This document shows positions 41,001-51,240 of a DNA stretch of 64,000 nucleotides, one piece after another. The DNA lies in the NCBI GenBank assembly GCA_965637545.1, contig OZ281501.1, forward strand, positions 6,510,001 through 6,574,000, in the 5' to 3' direction. Below the pieces are notes generated by a model. It worked only from the letters and a program-made list of their open reading frames with translations. It made no database searches and was not told where the DNA came from. How positions within the stretch are numbered: the first letter of the stretch is position 1; every line of letters starts with the position of its first letter. Source of the stretch: Phallusia mammillata. Taxonomy: Eukaryota. The position numbers and the translations under genes were made by a program.

Positions 41001-44000
41001 TTTGTCTTGAGCTTACTCTAATTTGAACAGCAACGTGTCCAAAATAACTATAGTAAACGGGCCTTTTTGGGTGTTGCAATTTGGTTTGGACAAAAGACGT
41101 GAAGTTCTATAACCACATAGATCGTCGTAAAGTTCAACCATTGTGGCTTACAGAGCCTTTCTGATTAACCGTCGCAAAAGTTACTATATGTGTTTTTTGG
41201 GGCTGTCAAAAAATAAGTTTTCTAACTCACCCTTCTAGCGTCGAGCTGGTAAATCCGCGACAAAATAATATTGATGTGAAGACCCAGGGAATCGTCGTGG
41301 TAAATTTCGTCCACCTGAAATAGATGCAAGGTGGTTAAATGTGTAAAGCGAATAGGGCGTGAAAACAAATTATCGCCGCGATACGACGCTGCGCAATCCA
41401 TTCCACATCGTCGCAAAAATCGTCAACAAACAAACGTGACGACAGGCGAGGTGGGTGGTTGCCACTAATGGAAGTGAGAAAAGATTCAGGAGCAGCAAAA
41501 CAGGACGTTGAGGGATGTTTATGTCGGGGTTAAAGCGATAGTCACAGTAAAATTAAGCACCCAGGCACCGAGCGAACGAACGTTTTTGACATTTTTACCT
41601 ACCCTTCGCACTTCGCAGAATCGGTAAGTGTTTATAATCGCACCAATCCACACAGGCCAAGCATGAGTTTCCTGTGCGGTTTGGAGCAAAACAGGTGCTC
41701 TCAGGTCAGTTTTCAGGGCACTATAGACCCTACAAGGTTGCTAATCAAGCCCTAGGGTACATGAAGTAAAAAAGCTATGGCCTGGCGCACTAAGTTTACT
41801 TGCAGCCGCTAGTTTTTGTCTACGTGTGCTGTAGTCCTCATCGCAACGCGAAAACAAAGATTTAAAGACCACAAGAAGGTTGCCGCCTCCGCTTTGGCGC
41901 TTCGTTCTGCGGTGGGGTTTTGTCATGGGTGGCGCTCTCTCGGTGCGTTCTTTGAAGTTACCTTTTGCTTGTAATTGCTCAGAAGCGATATCGCGTTTCA
42001 AAATACCTGCAGCGGCGCTTTGGGTACGAAACAACGCTCAGCAAAAGGCGGTCTTCGAAAGCGGTGGCGCAAAACATGATTGATTTCGAAAAGACAAGCG
42101 CGACAAAACGCTTGTTGCAGCCGCTGACGGTGTTTATTGTTACAGCAGGTAAACGTGTAGGGTTTGACTGCTTTCCCCGGCTAGGTCTGCTATATGTCCA
42201 ATCTTGCTTGAGTCAGGAGACGCCGCAGCGAATATGAACACCGAATTTGGTGAAATCACTCCTACAGGTGTCAAACGACAAATCAACGCGATCTCTTCGA
42301 CAGGATATAGCGGCATCGGCAAGATTTTTGTCTACAGCGAGGCTGCAGGCCTCTTTGCTCGGCACAGGGCTTTGGCCGCTGGGAAATGCTTCTTGGTTGC
42401 GCGGTTTTATTTGAAGGCAAGCAAAGGCCTTGTGTTTGTTGTTGTGTTGACGTGTTTACGCGCGTAGTTCCGCTCAGAACCGGGGACGCCGCTGCACCGC
42501 GACAATGCCGTCTTAGATTGTTGCGAGCTGATTAACGTGGCGGCTCTCTCGCGGGCCTCCTTAGCAAATTCTAGCATAAACAGGGCCAGCAACGAACCGC
42601 TCGACGATTGCAAAATAATCGAACCAACAACGCCGATAATCTTACTTCTTACTCGACTGTCACACAAATGCAAGTTTCGAAACTAACGCTTGTGTTACTT
42701 TGTTTTAATACACAGGAAATGCATTTACAATGGTAACCTCTGGCCTTAATTTTTGCACTAAAATAAGTAAACGTAAAATCGCTCAAAAGCTTGCACGCAC
42801 TGCTTGCTATGTTGTAACGTGACGTAGGCGCGTTGACGTCACCGTCACTCCATATTTGGCACTGTCAATCACGATTGCTCATTTTCGAGCGGATTTAAAC
42901 CCGCAACTGGTAAACGGGGCTTGGGGGGTCCGGTACGGTCGCAACGATTCGTCATCTTCGATTGGGCCCCGCCCCCCATTTCGAGCCCCCTTTAACCCAG
43001 CTGTTGACATTTCAGTCCCCTAAACGACATCGCGATTGCGAATTCGTGTCTCTTTTGATTTTTTTATGCGCGGAAATTATGTTAAGGTCGGAAACGAGGC
43101 TTGGGTGATGTTATGAATACTTTAAAGCTGGTATTTTTGTTGGCCGATGCCACGACTTGTGTGTTGAGGTACATTGGACACGGTAAGGTATTATGTTTGG
43201 ACAAGGAATTCCCTCACGTTGGCAAGGCAACCATGAACTTCCTGCGTGTAGAGGTACTTCAAAGCATTTTTTCGTAAACAATATATAACAGGGGAAAAAC
43301 TATATTTCATGTGGTAAAGGAATGTAAACAAAGTTTGTGAAATTGCTACACGGGTTAAATAATTGTTTTGGATCTTTTTATGGTTCAAAGAGTTGAAATA
43401 TTTAGCGATTTAAAACTTTTTACCAGTGTTTAAACACATATGTGCACATGTAATATCGTATAGATACCGATATATAAATAAGACTGCATATAGAACATGG
43501 GAAGACATTTCAGGTTTATGTATACAGTCACGTATTACATATTAAAATATAAGAAATCGTTATTCAAAAACAAATCTCAGATTTTTAACACCCTACTAAC
43601 CAGGCTATTTGCATTTTGGAATTCCCTAAATTACGAATATCGTTTTGGAATTTTTTTCTCCTGCCGTTGTTTCAAATGAGAATAGGAAGTTGATTTCCAG
43701 TGAAAACCACATTGTGTAACACCATGAAATGGATATTTTACGGTCCGCAAACATATATTTAACAGGCCACGGTGCCGAAAACGAGTTTCTAATAGCTTTC
43801 TGCTTCCAACTGGCCCAAGGTTAAACAAATGAGAAAAAAGTTAAACATGTGTATGTTTTAAGTGAACTATATATTTTTTTACGATTTGGACACAATACTT
43901 AATGCATTAAATAACTTTGAAACAGTCTTTCGTATTTTAGTTTTTTTGATATGGCAGCACGAAAGTCGCTTTTTACGGGTTTTATACGTTAAATTAAACC

Positions 44001-47000
44001 ATCAGGGTCAAAGTTAGCCTCACAGCACTTGACGCCATATGGGACTATCGGCCTACGATTCATGCTTGACCTACATAATTCGCACGCAAGGTAAACCGAA
44101 CCATTATCAGATATCAGCATAAGTTCAGGCTTACCACGGTTCAAATTGTATAAGATGAACCGCAGTATAGTTCACATAGCTTGGTCCGTGGGAATGGTCA
44201 ACACCTTGTACCATATTAAGCACCTAAGACGGCTGACATTGACCTTTGTGGAGCTCGTATTGAAAAGGCGGTGCCGTTTTTTGGGCAGAAATATAGAGAT
44301 CTATTATTATCAGTGCTTGTTTAAACTTTAAATATGAATGTGGCATTTTAAGTTACGTGCCATTCCCGGGGAAGCACATTCGCCTGTTTTCGCTGCGTTT
44401 TGCGATATAAGCTTACATATAATACTACATCTTCTTGTGAAAAAACGCCAATTTTGTACTTAAAATACAAACTAAATGACAACTAATAACATTGTCTTTA
44501 ATGCATAAACGTATCAATGAAACCAAACTTTAAATTCAAATAAAAATCTTTTTATGAAAGAAATGTCCATAACATGCAGTCAACTTACAATGTTCATGAG
44601 AGTAAGCAGGTAGTTTTCCACGTGTTCGCTGCCATGGAAACGCACCACTTCGTAATCAGCGACAAGCATGACTTCCATGTTGTAAGCATTACGTTTCGAA
44701 TGGCGTTTGCTCCTGCTGTGTTCCTCTGTAATTAATTTTGTATGTTTTATAACTTGAGTATACAGACGAGTTTCAAAACTACCAGAATTCTGGCCATTCT
44801 CGCAACGATTCCCACATTTCATTATACACATCACAGGTTGGAAAATGCTTATTTTCAGGTTAAATTCGGTTGACAATGTTATAAAGAACAAATATGTTTC
44901 GCTAAACAAGCATATCCAGTGTCTATCTCTTTTAATGCCATTTATAGAGACTAAAAATGCTTTTTAGCGAAATATATCTGTTCTTTATAAGATTGTCTAC
45001 TGATTTTAACCTAAAAATAAATCTTAACAACATTTCTTGTGTTACCAGAACTCTAGTATATATAAATTTTGTGTAAAACTGTGCTGAGCTCCTGTTTTGG
45101 CGAAAACGAACCAGGATTGAGTTTTTATCTCGGGGGGATCCCCACTCTTACTGCTCTGGTTTAATATTGTTCCAAAATCGCGTCGTTGGGGGCGAAGACT
45201 GCTCGAAATCAATCTGACGACTTTCTCGAATTGTCACCGAGTGACAGGGCAACAATACGACGACTGTTACTGCACTTCAGCTAATCATCAATTGTGGCGA
45301 TGCTTACGAGACATATACAGGTAGACAATTGAATTGTGGTTAAAAGATCTTGTTTTATTGAGAAGTGCGCGGGTTTTAAACGAACATCTGTCGCGTTTTG
45401 TTGAAGGTTGCGATAAAGTGTGGTCTCCCGTCAGCGATAAACACTGTGTGAACTGTTTGATAGACAGTGATGTCTTACCAAGCTATACAAGTGCGCTTTG
45501 TTTATTCGTATATTGCAAGCAATCTTTCCAAACTTAAACTGTGACAAAAGGGATTTTGAAGTCTTTATATACATGTTTGCCAAGCGTCTGCCATTGTCCC
45601 GTGCTGTGTGCAATACATTTACGTCATGTATGACATATGCATGGTCATGTTTACAAAAATCTTACCTCGGTCAACATTCAGTGCTTGTGACGTCATCTTT
45701 GAGACTGCGCCCCCCAAGGAGTCTGTGACGTCTCTTTCCGTCCGTCGATGGCCTTCCATGCCTAAGAAAGGAAACAGATTTTACGGGAACTGGAAACCTC
45801 TGACAAGTGACGTAGCAATGTCGGTTAGTGACGTCATAAACTTTCAAGTGTATTAACAGTAGGCGTGAAGCACCGATCACGTTTTTACGTCACGGGGCGG
45901 TCTGGTGAGCCACTTGTAGTGTAAACTGAATGAATACAGAAATTGCTGTGAAAAGTTCAATATCGTGATGTGGTAAGTGTGCAGTAGGTCAAGTTACTAA
46001 ACCAGATCTGCATAGTTCAAATACTAATACATGTAAAATAGTTTAAAGAAAGCAAATTTGTTATCAGGTTGACAATTAGCAAAGTTGTAAAATAATTGCC
46101 ACACACCAATTTGAAAATACAAAAATATCACACGAACACTGAGGATTGTTGTGTGACATTTCGTTTGCAACCGAGCACAACATTACCAACCCAAAAGCAA
46201 AATCTCAGTCTTCGTCTCTCGCACCACGCCCACAGAAAAGAATGATGAGGCAATGCAAAGTGAAACCTGACAAAGTGATAACACTCGCTTCCACGAAAGC
46301 TTGTGGCTATTACACAGTGTCGGTATTGTTACATCACCGTTGCTGCACTGTCACGTCACCATATATGCGCAGTGGATTACGCAGCGTGGATGGCTGGGTT
46401 GCTAGGTCGGACAATCGCTACATTGTCCCGACAACGGTAAACAAATGGTTTTGGTGCGGGAGAGCCACGGCTGTTTGGCCTTGCAACAAAATGTTGTGAA
46501 CACAGATGCGATCGCGGCAGGAAACAAAAATACCGTAGTCACGTGACAGGCAATCGCATGCGGTCGCGGGAGAATGTGGGGGGTTCATGTGTAGAGTTGG
46601 GGGGTACTTGGGGCTTGGGGTTAAGGGTACGCGTGCCAAGATCTGTGGTTCCCACGTTTGGTGTCAGTTGACCTTGTAACACGTGAAGGTCATTGCCCTA
46701 TTTTTAAAATGATTCTTTTAGAAAAAGGAGTGTGAGCTAAGCTTTTTGTTCAATAAAACTGTGTGTGTGTGGATTGATTTTAGACTTGAACATGTGACTG
46801 TATACCATGCATGAAAACCTTGCACCCTTTTGCCCCAAATCAAAAACACCCTCTTACATATTCCCCAGAAACGCACCTAACCTTCCCTTCCAGCGGAGGT
46901 TTAAAACCACTTGAAGGGGCAGGGGAAATAAGCATTCGACTCGATGGTTCGAAAAGTCAGTCAGCACAGGCTTAATCGTTGGCTCCGGAACAATCAATCG

Positions 47001-50000
47001 GTTGGGCCAGGTGCGAAAGCGGGGACTTGACGCCGTTGATCCCTGGCGCGTCAATCACGGCCTCAGGACAGGGAAACTTTGACATGAAAGGCCCGAGGAC
47101 AGGAAACTAAAGGGAATGACGAACCCCGGGTGAAAAAGAAGGCTGACACGCGAACTGGGTCTTACAAGGTCGTGCGCTGAAAGGGCCGTTGAGTTTATGG
47201 ATGTCAAGAGAGGGAAGTTGTAACAATTGATGTCGTTTACATGTCCGCACAGTCACAAGGGTTTCCAAGACGAACCCGGAGACGCGGAAGTCCTGGGACA
47301 AGAGGCGTTAAGTCACCATCGCGCACGAGCGCAGGTCACAGGCGATTTAATTTCCAGTTTCAATCGCGGTAGTGTCATCGCAACGATTGGAGTTTTGAGG
47401 TTTTTGAAACGGTCCACGACCACTGAATGGTGATGTATCGCACGACGCACGCGCAAGCTAAGGAAATTATGACCCAAACAAATAATATGTTAGGTCGCAA
47501 ACATCTTGAAAGTGGCCTGCTCAACGGAAATGAAGCGAAGTGAAGCAAGCACATCGGGGGGTCCTACGAGGTAGATCAGCGTGCTGCCGCCGTGCACGAA
47601 TGTTTACAAAGCAATACGCGCTGACAGAAGATGATTTTAACCACTTTAAACGTTTTGCCGACCCCACATTGAACTGATACTCCTGGCTACCGCAGCTGGC
47701 CTACTTTCCGCTAACCCTTTTTTAAGAATTGCTTAAACTGCGTGTGGTCGGGCCATGGTTTAACCAGCGAGATTGGCGCGACGATATGGGACTGATTAAA
47801 GATAGTGGGCGTTGGGATGCATATGATAGCTCGGCGCAGTTTATTCGTTACAAATAGAACTGATAGCGGATGTCAATATAAGCGCAATCTCTCGCCATCG
47901 GGGCAGGGCTCACGGCGTCGGCCGGGATCAGGAGAGGAAAAGGCGGGGACGATGGACTTATCGCATGTGAGAAACCAAAAGATACCGCTGCTAATTAAGT
48001 CATTAGTCGGACGCTGTAAACCGCTGAGGATTGAAAGTGAGCAAAAAATAAGTGACTAACACCGATTGAACGCTCATTAAGGAGTTAACTTTGACACAAC
48101 GTCGGACCATGTTGCGGAAACCAGAGATGTAAGTTACGTGGGCCAAGTTCAAATGCTAAACAAGGTGTCTTGTTCTTGGTTGACATCCCAACCTTAGTCC
48201 AAATTTGCGGTTCTTATCAGCTAGCTGCTAAAACATCAGGCTTGTGAACCGATGACCTTTTGTTTCTTGAGTTACAAAGCAACGCTTAGATGTAGCTGGA
48301 ATTGCGCTTAAGTAAGACACAATGACAAAACAACAAAGACATTTTCAACCGTTTATCCACAAAAAATATTTTACACATTATTATTCTACACACCATTTGA
48401 GACAAACATAACTGAGTTTAAGAACTTCAATAACTAAACATCATTGCAGTTCGCTCTATCAATGCCAAACAGCCACCAGCAAAGCAGAAACACAGACATT
48501 CGTCTCGAGCAACACCGAAACGCCAGACAGCATTGACGTCATTGCGCGGTGGCCACCCACCGTGACGTCATAATGCTTGAAACAATGCAACGCACAAAGC
48601 ATCTAATTGTGCGTGAGCAGCCACGCTGCGCTATTTGAAACACAAGGCGTATATGACGTAACTTACGCTTTCCCTCGTTCTCCGATTTTATTGAGGCAGC
48701 GCGCCTGTAGATCACGTGCCGTTGGGGCTTCGAGGGGTTGTCATGAGTTTCCAGAGGCTCAATAAAGAACTCTTCTTTGCCCGTCTTGATTAGGCCTGCC
48801 TGCAAATTTAGGGAATGCAGTAACCGCTTTCGGAGGTAATTACAACATAAGCTTGCCGCATATTGCCTTAACAAGACGCTGCGCTATGTTTAGCGGCTGA
48901 CTTTGTGGGCGCAAATACGGTACATCGTGATTCTAAGTCCGTAATCTTCACTAATTTGTGGAAGGCTACGGTCGCCAGTCAAGTGTCCCGTTGTTTCATA
49001 TTTTTAAAAACTTGCCTGACTGGAAATAATGGGTGTTGGTTGAGGCAAAACGCCTTTTTCGAAAGCACTATATAACATGTTGTATACACAACCATGTACA
49101 AATGTCGCACAAATTTAGACCAGGACTTATAAAGATCTATCTGGATAAATAACATAGGAATACGCAATGACATGATTAGGCTAAGATATTGTATGTTATA
49201 ATTCATGATATCCATCATTCCTCATACTTATTTGGAGGACATTTACATCAATATACTTTAGCCATGTTTTAGCTGATATAGCAAAGTGACATTACTGTTT
49301 GAACTCACCAATCCTTCGCAATTGCTGATCGCCACAGCTGAGTCCGGCATTTGACTGACTGTGCCAAAATACAAGCAATCCGATGAAATGTCCTTTTCAA
49401 TCATTTCACCATCCGGGGTAAAACGTACCGACTTTGCACCGGGAGCAATCAGGTGTTCCTTGGTTTCAACGCTAATGCGCATGCGCGAACCGAAAGCCGT
49501 GACGCTAAAATGGATGAGTCGAGGGGGTGGCTCATCACTCGAATCCGTGGGCTCAACGTGTACTGTCCTTGTAGGGAACCGACGTGCTTCGTTAAATCCA
49601 TTATGCCGCCAATGTGAAGTTGTTATATTTGCTTCGAAAGGCATGGTGTCATTCCTAACATCTATGGTGTTGTTTGGTGCCCTGGAAATACTCCCATCCC
49701 CAATGGCCACAACTATAGTTTCAATATCGTCCACTGAGCGCCTTCTTCGAGCAGACGATGGGATAGTCGGAGCATTTCGGATGTTGTGAGAGATAAAATC
49801 TCCGTCCGCCGTCACCAACGCCGGATGGACGATCTCGTACTCCGTGAACATGTTCTCCAAATCCTCTACGTCGATTAAAACATGATATGGGTTAAAACGT
49901 CGACGCGAAATGGAATGCGATTGACAGATACGTTTCGGGTAAAACATTTAGTTTCATAGAAACGCGTCAAACCGAAAGCTACAATTACGGTTTAACATTT

Positions 50001-51240
50001 AAAAAGGATATAAATTACCTCTTGCATCTTTTTTGCAATTGGTATGTTTGCAATTGGTATTCAAATCTCATTGAAGATAACCATACTTTTGTGTAAAATA
50101 GAACTTACCGATTGTAGCGCCATGTAGGACCCCAGCGACCTACAAACACACAAACAAACAGTAATAAAAAACGATGAAGTCAGCAAAAATACAAGGGCTT
50201 TTTTGAACGTTGTAAATTGTGATACATGCTTTGCGCCTGCACTTTGAACTGTAACCAAACGGATGTTTTGGCAGTTAAAATGTGGATTACCATAGAAAAT
50301 TTAGATTGTTTAAAGCAACTTTTTTGCCTTTTTTAATCAAGCATGCAAAGTGGACGTTAAAGACCAACTATCACCATTTTACATGACCTTTGACTATCAT
50401 TTAGGTTTGAATTTTGTTTAAATCCTGAAAAGTAAATCGAACCCTCTTTAGGCGACAATCTAGGACCGTAAATTCTGATAACCCCTCCCATATGCTGATG
50501 ACAGATCTAACTCAGCACATAACAACATACTACGCGTTACTTGATTACGGGTTGGTGCCGACGTTTTAATGAGAGTACCACGCGCATATTCTGACATACG
50601 CGCAACTAAGGTGGTCGAAAAATATGCCACTAGTGTGTGAACTACAGTTACGACTAATCCACAACTGTCTTTCCTTAGCTACCTTTTTTAAACTGTTAAC
50701 CACAGCCAGAATAGAAAATGTTATGTGCTGTGTTCAACGACTGTTCGAACTTCGAAGTGCAATTCATATTTTATAAGTAACTGGTTTTGAATGTTCAGAA
50801 TAACCTTACTTTGATTTTAGCTATATTGTTTTGTCATCAATTCTCCAAGAATTGTCTGGAACAAAGGTGGACTTTATGAGGTTATCTCTGTTACCTAACT
50901 TATCGTGTTTTACATGCGAGTTACACGGTGAACTTCATCTTCGAAATTTCGAGCTAATTTCGGAAACACTAAAATCCATGCTTTCTGTAGAAACGTGAAG
51001 CTCATATCACAAACTACCATATCCACAGCCATTAAAACCTAATCAAAACTTATGAGTTTTTATTTTTACAAATCACCAGATGGTAGGACTAAATTATATC
51101 TACGTTATAAGTTTTACATCGAAACGTAAACCACGCTAGACAAAATATATCTTATATCTAGGTCTTAGATTTAACAAGGTTACCTCCTTTAGTAAACAGA
51201 TGAGAAAAGCCAGCAAAACAAGGTGGACAGCCGATTTCAT
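10850..51240 (-). CDS. ADAMTS3: ADAMTS procollagen N-proteinase (ADAMTS2/3/14 pro-orthologue), 27 coding exons, ~1367 aa
   Basis: Signal peptide, prodomain with furin sites, metalloprotease with HETGHVLGMDHD and Met-turn SIMAP, disintegrin-like, TSP1, Cys-rich, spacer, 3 more TSP1, PLAC, then an extra C-terminal module. The [22 protein letters not shown] and [17 protein letters not shown] motifs are characteristic of the ADAMTS2/3/14 clade. Exon phases are consistent, total 4104 nt. Confidence 0.93.
11084..11191 (-). CDS. ADAMTS3: ADAMTS exon 26 (extra TSP1)
   Basis: [35 protein letters not shown], gacag|...|gtaagt. Confidence 0.8.
11808..12184 (-). CDS. ADAMTS3: ADAMTS exon 25 (acidic linker, RRKR, extra TSP1 start)
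   Basis: tttcttcag|TSLES...[14 protein letters not shown]...GRRKRDV...[15 protein letters not shown], donor AG|gtattc. Confidence 0.82.
12270..12365. mobile_element. Partial copy of the same Tc1/pogo-type MITE
   Basis: Ends GATTAACCGAGGTTTACTG|TA; shares GATCTTCGCCTAAT (inverted) with the 15952 copy. Confidence 0.65.
12725..12945 (-). CDS. ADAMTS3: ADAMTS exon 24 (PLAC)
   Basis: [32 protein letters not shown]. Confidence 0.93.
13558..13602 (-). CDS. ADAMTS3: ADAMTS exon 23 (45-nt linker, phase 1-1)
   Basis: atgcag|..[15 protein letters not shown]|gtattt; skippable without frameshift. Confidence 0.55.
14060..14195 (-). CDS. ADAMTS3: ADAMTS exon 22 (TSP1 #4)
   Basis: [17 protein letters not shown]...[17 protein letters not shown]. 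Confidence 0.95.
14500..14571 (+). repeat. Short dispersed repeat (second copy 37206-37248)
   Basis: GTCTGTATATGGG..GCGCCGGACCATTCGGCCAAGTT occurs at both sites. Confidence 0.6.
14581..14791 (-). CDS. ADAMTS3: ADAMTS exon 21 (TSP1 #3)
   Basis: [23 protein letters not shown]...[12 protein letters not shown]. Confidence 0.95.
15040..15159 (-). CDS. ADAMTS3: ADAMTS exon 20 (TSP1 #2)
   Basis: [39 protein letters not shown]. Confidence 0.9.
15596..15741 (-). CDS. ADAMTS3: ADAMTS exon 19 (spacer end, TSP1 #2 start)
   Basis: ILIQ...IRYSYIMH...[14 protein letters not shown]. Confidence 0.92.
15952..16136. mobile_element. Tc1/pogo(Tigger)-type MITE
   Basis: TA|CAGTAAATCTTGGTT ... AACCGAGGTTTACTG|TA; internal CGGATTAA repeats. 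Confidence 0.75.
17707..17882 (-). CDS. ADAMTS3: ADAMTS exon 18 (spacer)
   Basis: [14 protein letters not shown]...AGTVWTY...[16 protein letters not shown]. Confidence 0.92.
17999..18468. mobile_element. hAT-type MITE
   Basis: TIR CAGGGGTCCG / CGGACCCCTG; perfect 8-bp TSD cattatat; subterminal GCGACCC repeats. Confidence 0.9.
19523..19609 (-). CDS. ADAMTS3: ADAMTS exon 17 (spacer)
   Basis: [18 protein letters not shown]. Confidence 0.92.
20162..20354. mobile_element. Degenerate hAT-type MITE
   Basis: Imperfect TIR CAGGTTTGTTTGA / TCAAAAAAACACTG, flanked by catgtt(t)g-like duplication; GGACC repeats. Confidence 0.5.
20664..20793 (-). CDS. ADAMTS3: ADAMTS exon 16 (Cys-rich)
   Basis: [32 protein letters not shown]. 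Confidence 0.95.
21531..21849. mobile_element. hAT-type MITE
   Basis: TIR CAGTGGTTCCCAAACT / AGTTTGGGAACCACTG; perfect TSD taataccc; GGCRCAC repeats. Confidence 0.9.
22632..22765 (-). CDS. ADAMTS3: ADAMTS exon 15 (Cys-rich)
   Basis: KCQLFC...[20 protein letters not shown]. Confidence 0.95.
23477..23646 (-). CDS. ADAMTS3: ADAMTS exon 14
   Basis: [10 protein letters not shown]...[18 protein letters not shown]...HKWLPYE. Confidence 0.95.
24191..24333 (-). CDS. ADAMTS3: ADAMTS exon 13 (TSP1 #1)
   Basis: WCFKSHC...[31 protein letters not shown]. Confidence 0.95.
25922..26551. mobile_element. hAT-type MITE
   Basis: TIR CAGGGGTGGGGAA / TTCCCCACCCCTG; perfect TSD ctctacaa; CGGGCC repeats. Confidence 0.9.
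26766..26879 (-). CDS. ADAMTS3: ADAMTS exon 12 (disintegrin-like)
   Basis: [38 protein letters not shown]. Confidence 0.95.
29045..29177 (-). CDS. ADAMTS3: ADAMTS exon 11 (disintegrin-like)
   Basis: DFRCLMDDP...[24 protein letters not shown]. Confidence 0.95.
30103..30246 (-). CDS. ADAMTS3: ADAMTS exon 10 (third His, Met-turn)
   Basis: [47 protein letters not shown]. Confidence 0.97.
30314..30660. repeat. Compound micro/minisatellite
   Basis: (GT)n(GA)n, then five copies of GTAAAAGAGCYAAGTTAGTAAGTACAAGAG separated by (GTGA)n tracts. Confidence 0.95.
31773..31821 (+). promoter_or_regulatory. Array of five direct RGKTCA nuclear-receptor half-sites
   Basis: AGGTCA-n7-AGGTCA-n7-GGGTCA-n1-AGGTCA-n4-AGTTCA. 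Confidence 0.55.
32091..32196 (-). CDS. ADAMTS3: ADAMTS exon 9 (HExxH zinc site)
   Basis: [36 protein letters not shown]. Confidence 0.97.
36181..36331 (-). CDS. ADAMTS3: ADAMTS exon 8 (catalytic; GC donor)
   Basis: SNRLII...[10 protein letters not shown]...[14 protein letters not shown], ends CAG|gcgagt. Confidence 0.85.
41231..41314 (-). CDS. ADAMTS3: ADAMTS exon 7 (catalytic)
   Basis: [28 protein letters not shown]. Confidence 0.93.
42680..42980. promoter_or_regulatory. Intronic promoter/enhancer cluster (CArG, CREs, CCAAT, GC box)
   Basis: TGACGTAG 42820, TGACGTCA 42834-42841, CCATATTTGG 42850-42859, GATTGG 42960, CCCCGCCCC ~42967; minus-strand TATTAAAA 42703-42710 and TTAGTT ~42684. 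Confidence 0.55.
44589..44725 (-). CDS. ADAMTS3: ADAMTS exon 6 (furin site RSKR, catalytic start)
   Basis: [45 protein letters not shown]. Confidence 0.93.
45666..45761 (-). CDS. ADAMTS3: ADAMTS exon 5 (prodomain, symmetric phase 1-1)
   Basis: ctttcttag|..[31 protein letters not shown]|gtaag; strong splice sites, open frame. Confidence 0.65.
48667..48799 (-). CDS. ADAMTS3: ADAMTS exon 4 (prodomain)
   Basis: [16 protein letters not shown]...HVIYRR. Confidence 0.93.
49309..49865 (-). CDS. ADAMTS3: ADAMTS exon 3 (prodomain)
   Basis: [16 protein letters not shown]...RRRR|SV...HFSVTAFG...CLYFG.V....[11 protein letters not shown], donor gtgagt. Confidence 0.92.
50109..50139 (-). CDS. ADAMTS3: ADAMTS exon 2 (31-nt mini-exon)
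   Basis: tttgtag|[11 protein letters not shown]|gtaagt, phase 0->1, links signal peptide to prodomain. Confidence 0.72.
51184..51240 (-). CDS. ADAMTS3: ADAMTS exon 1 (signal peptide)
   Basis: [19 protein letters not shown], donor GAG|gtaacc; not in the ORF track frame. Confidence 0.75.

Noticed and set aside
41741-42673. Three same-frame minus-strand ORFs as one pseudogene or stop-readthrough gene
   Set aside because: Separated by several stops of all three types, with no recognisable domain; kept only as part of the nested-promoter finding.
43319-43340. miR-1-like GGAATGTAAA seed
   Set aside because: The rest of the mature sequence mismatches and no hairpin is evident.
49361-49789. 142-aa plus-strand ORF
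   Set aside because: Antisense shadow of ADAMTS exon 3.
50061-50258. Hydrophobic 65-aa ORF as the ADAMTS signal peptide
   Set aside because: Starts at TTG, its hydrophobicity comes from the polypyrimidine tract, and its phase does not fit exon 3. A better signal exon is at 51184-51240.
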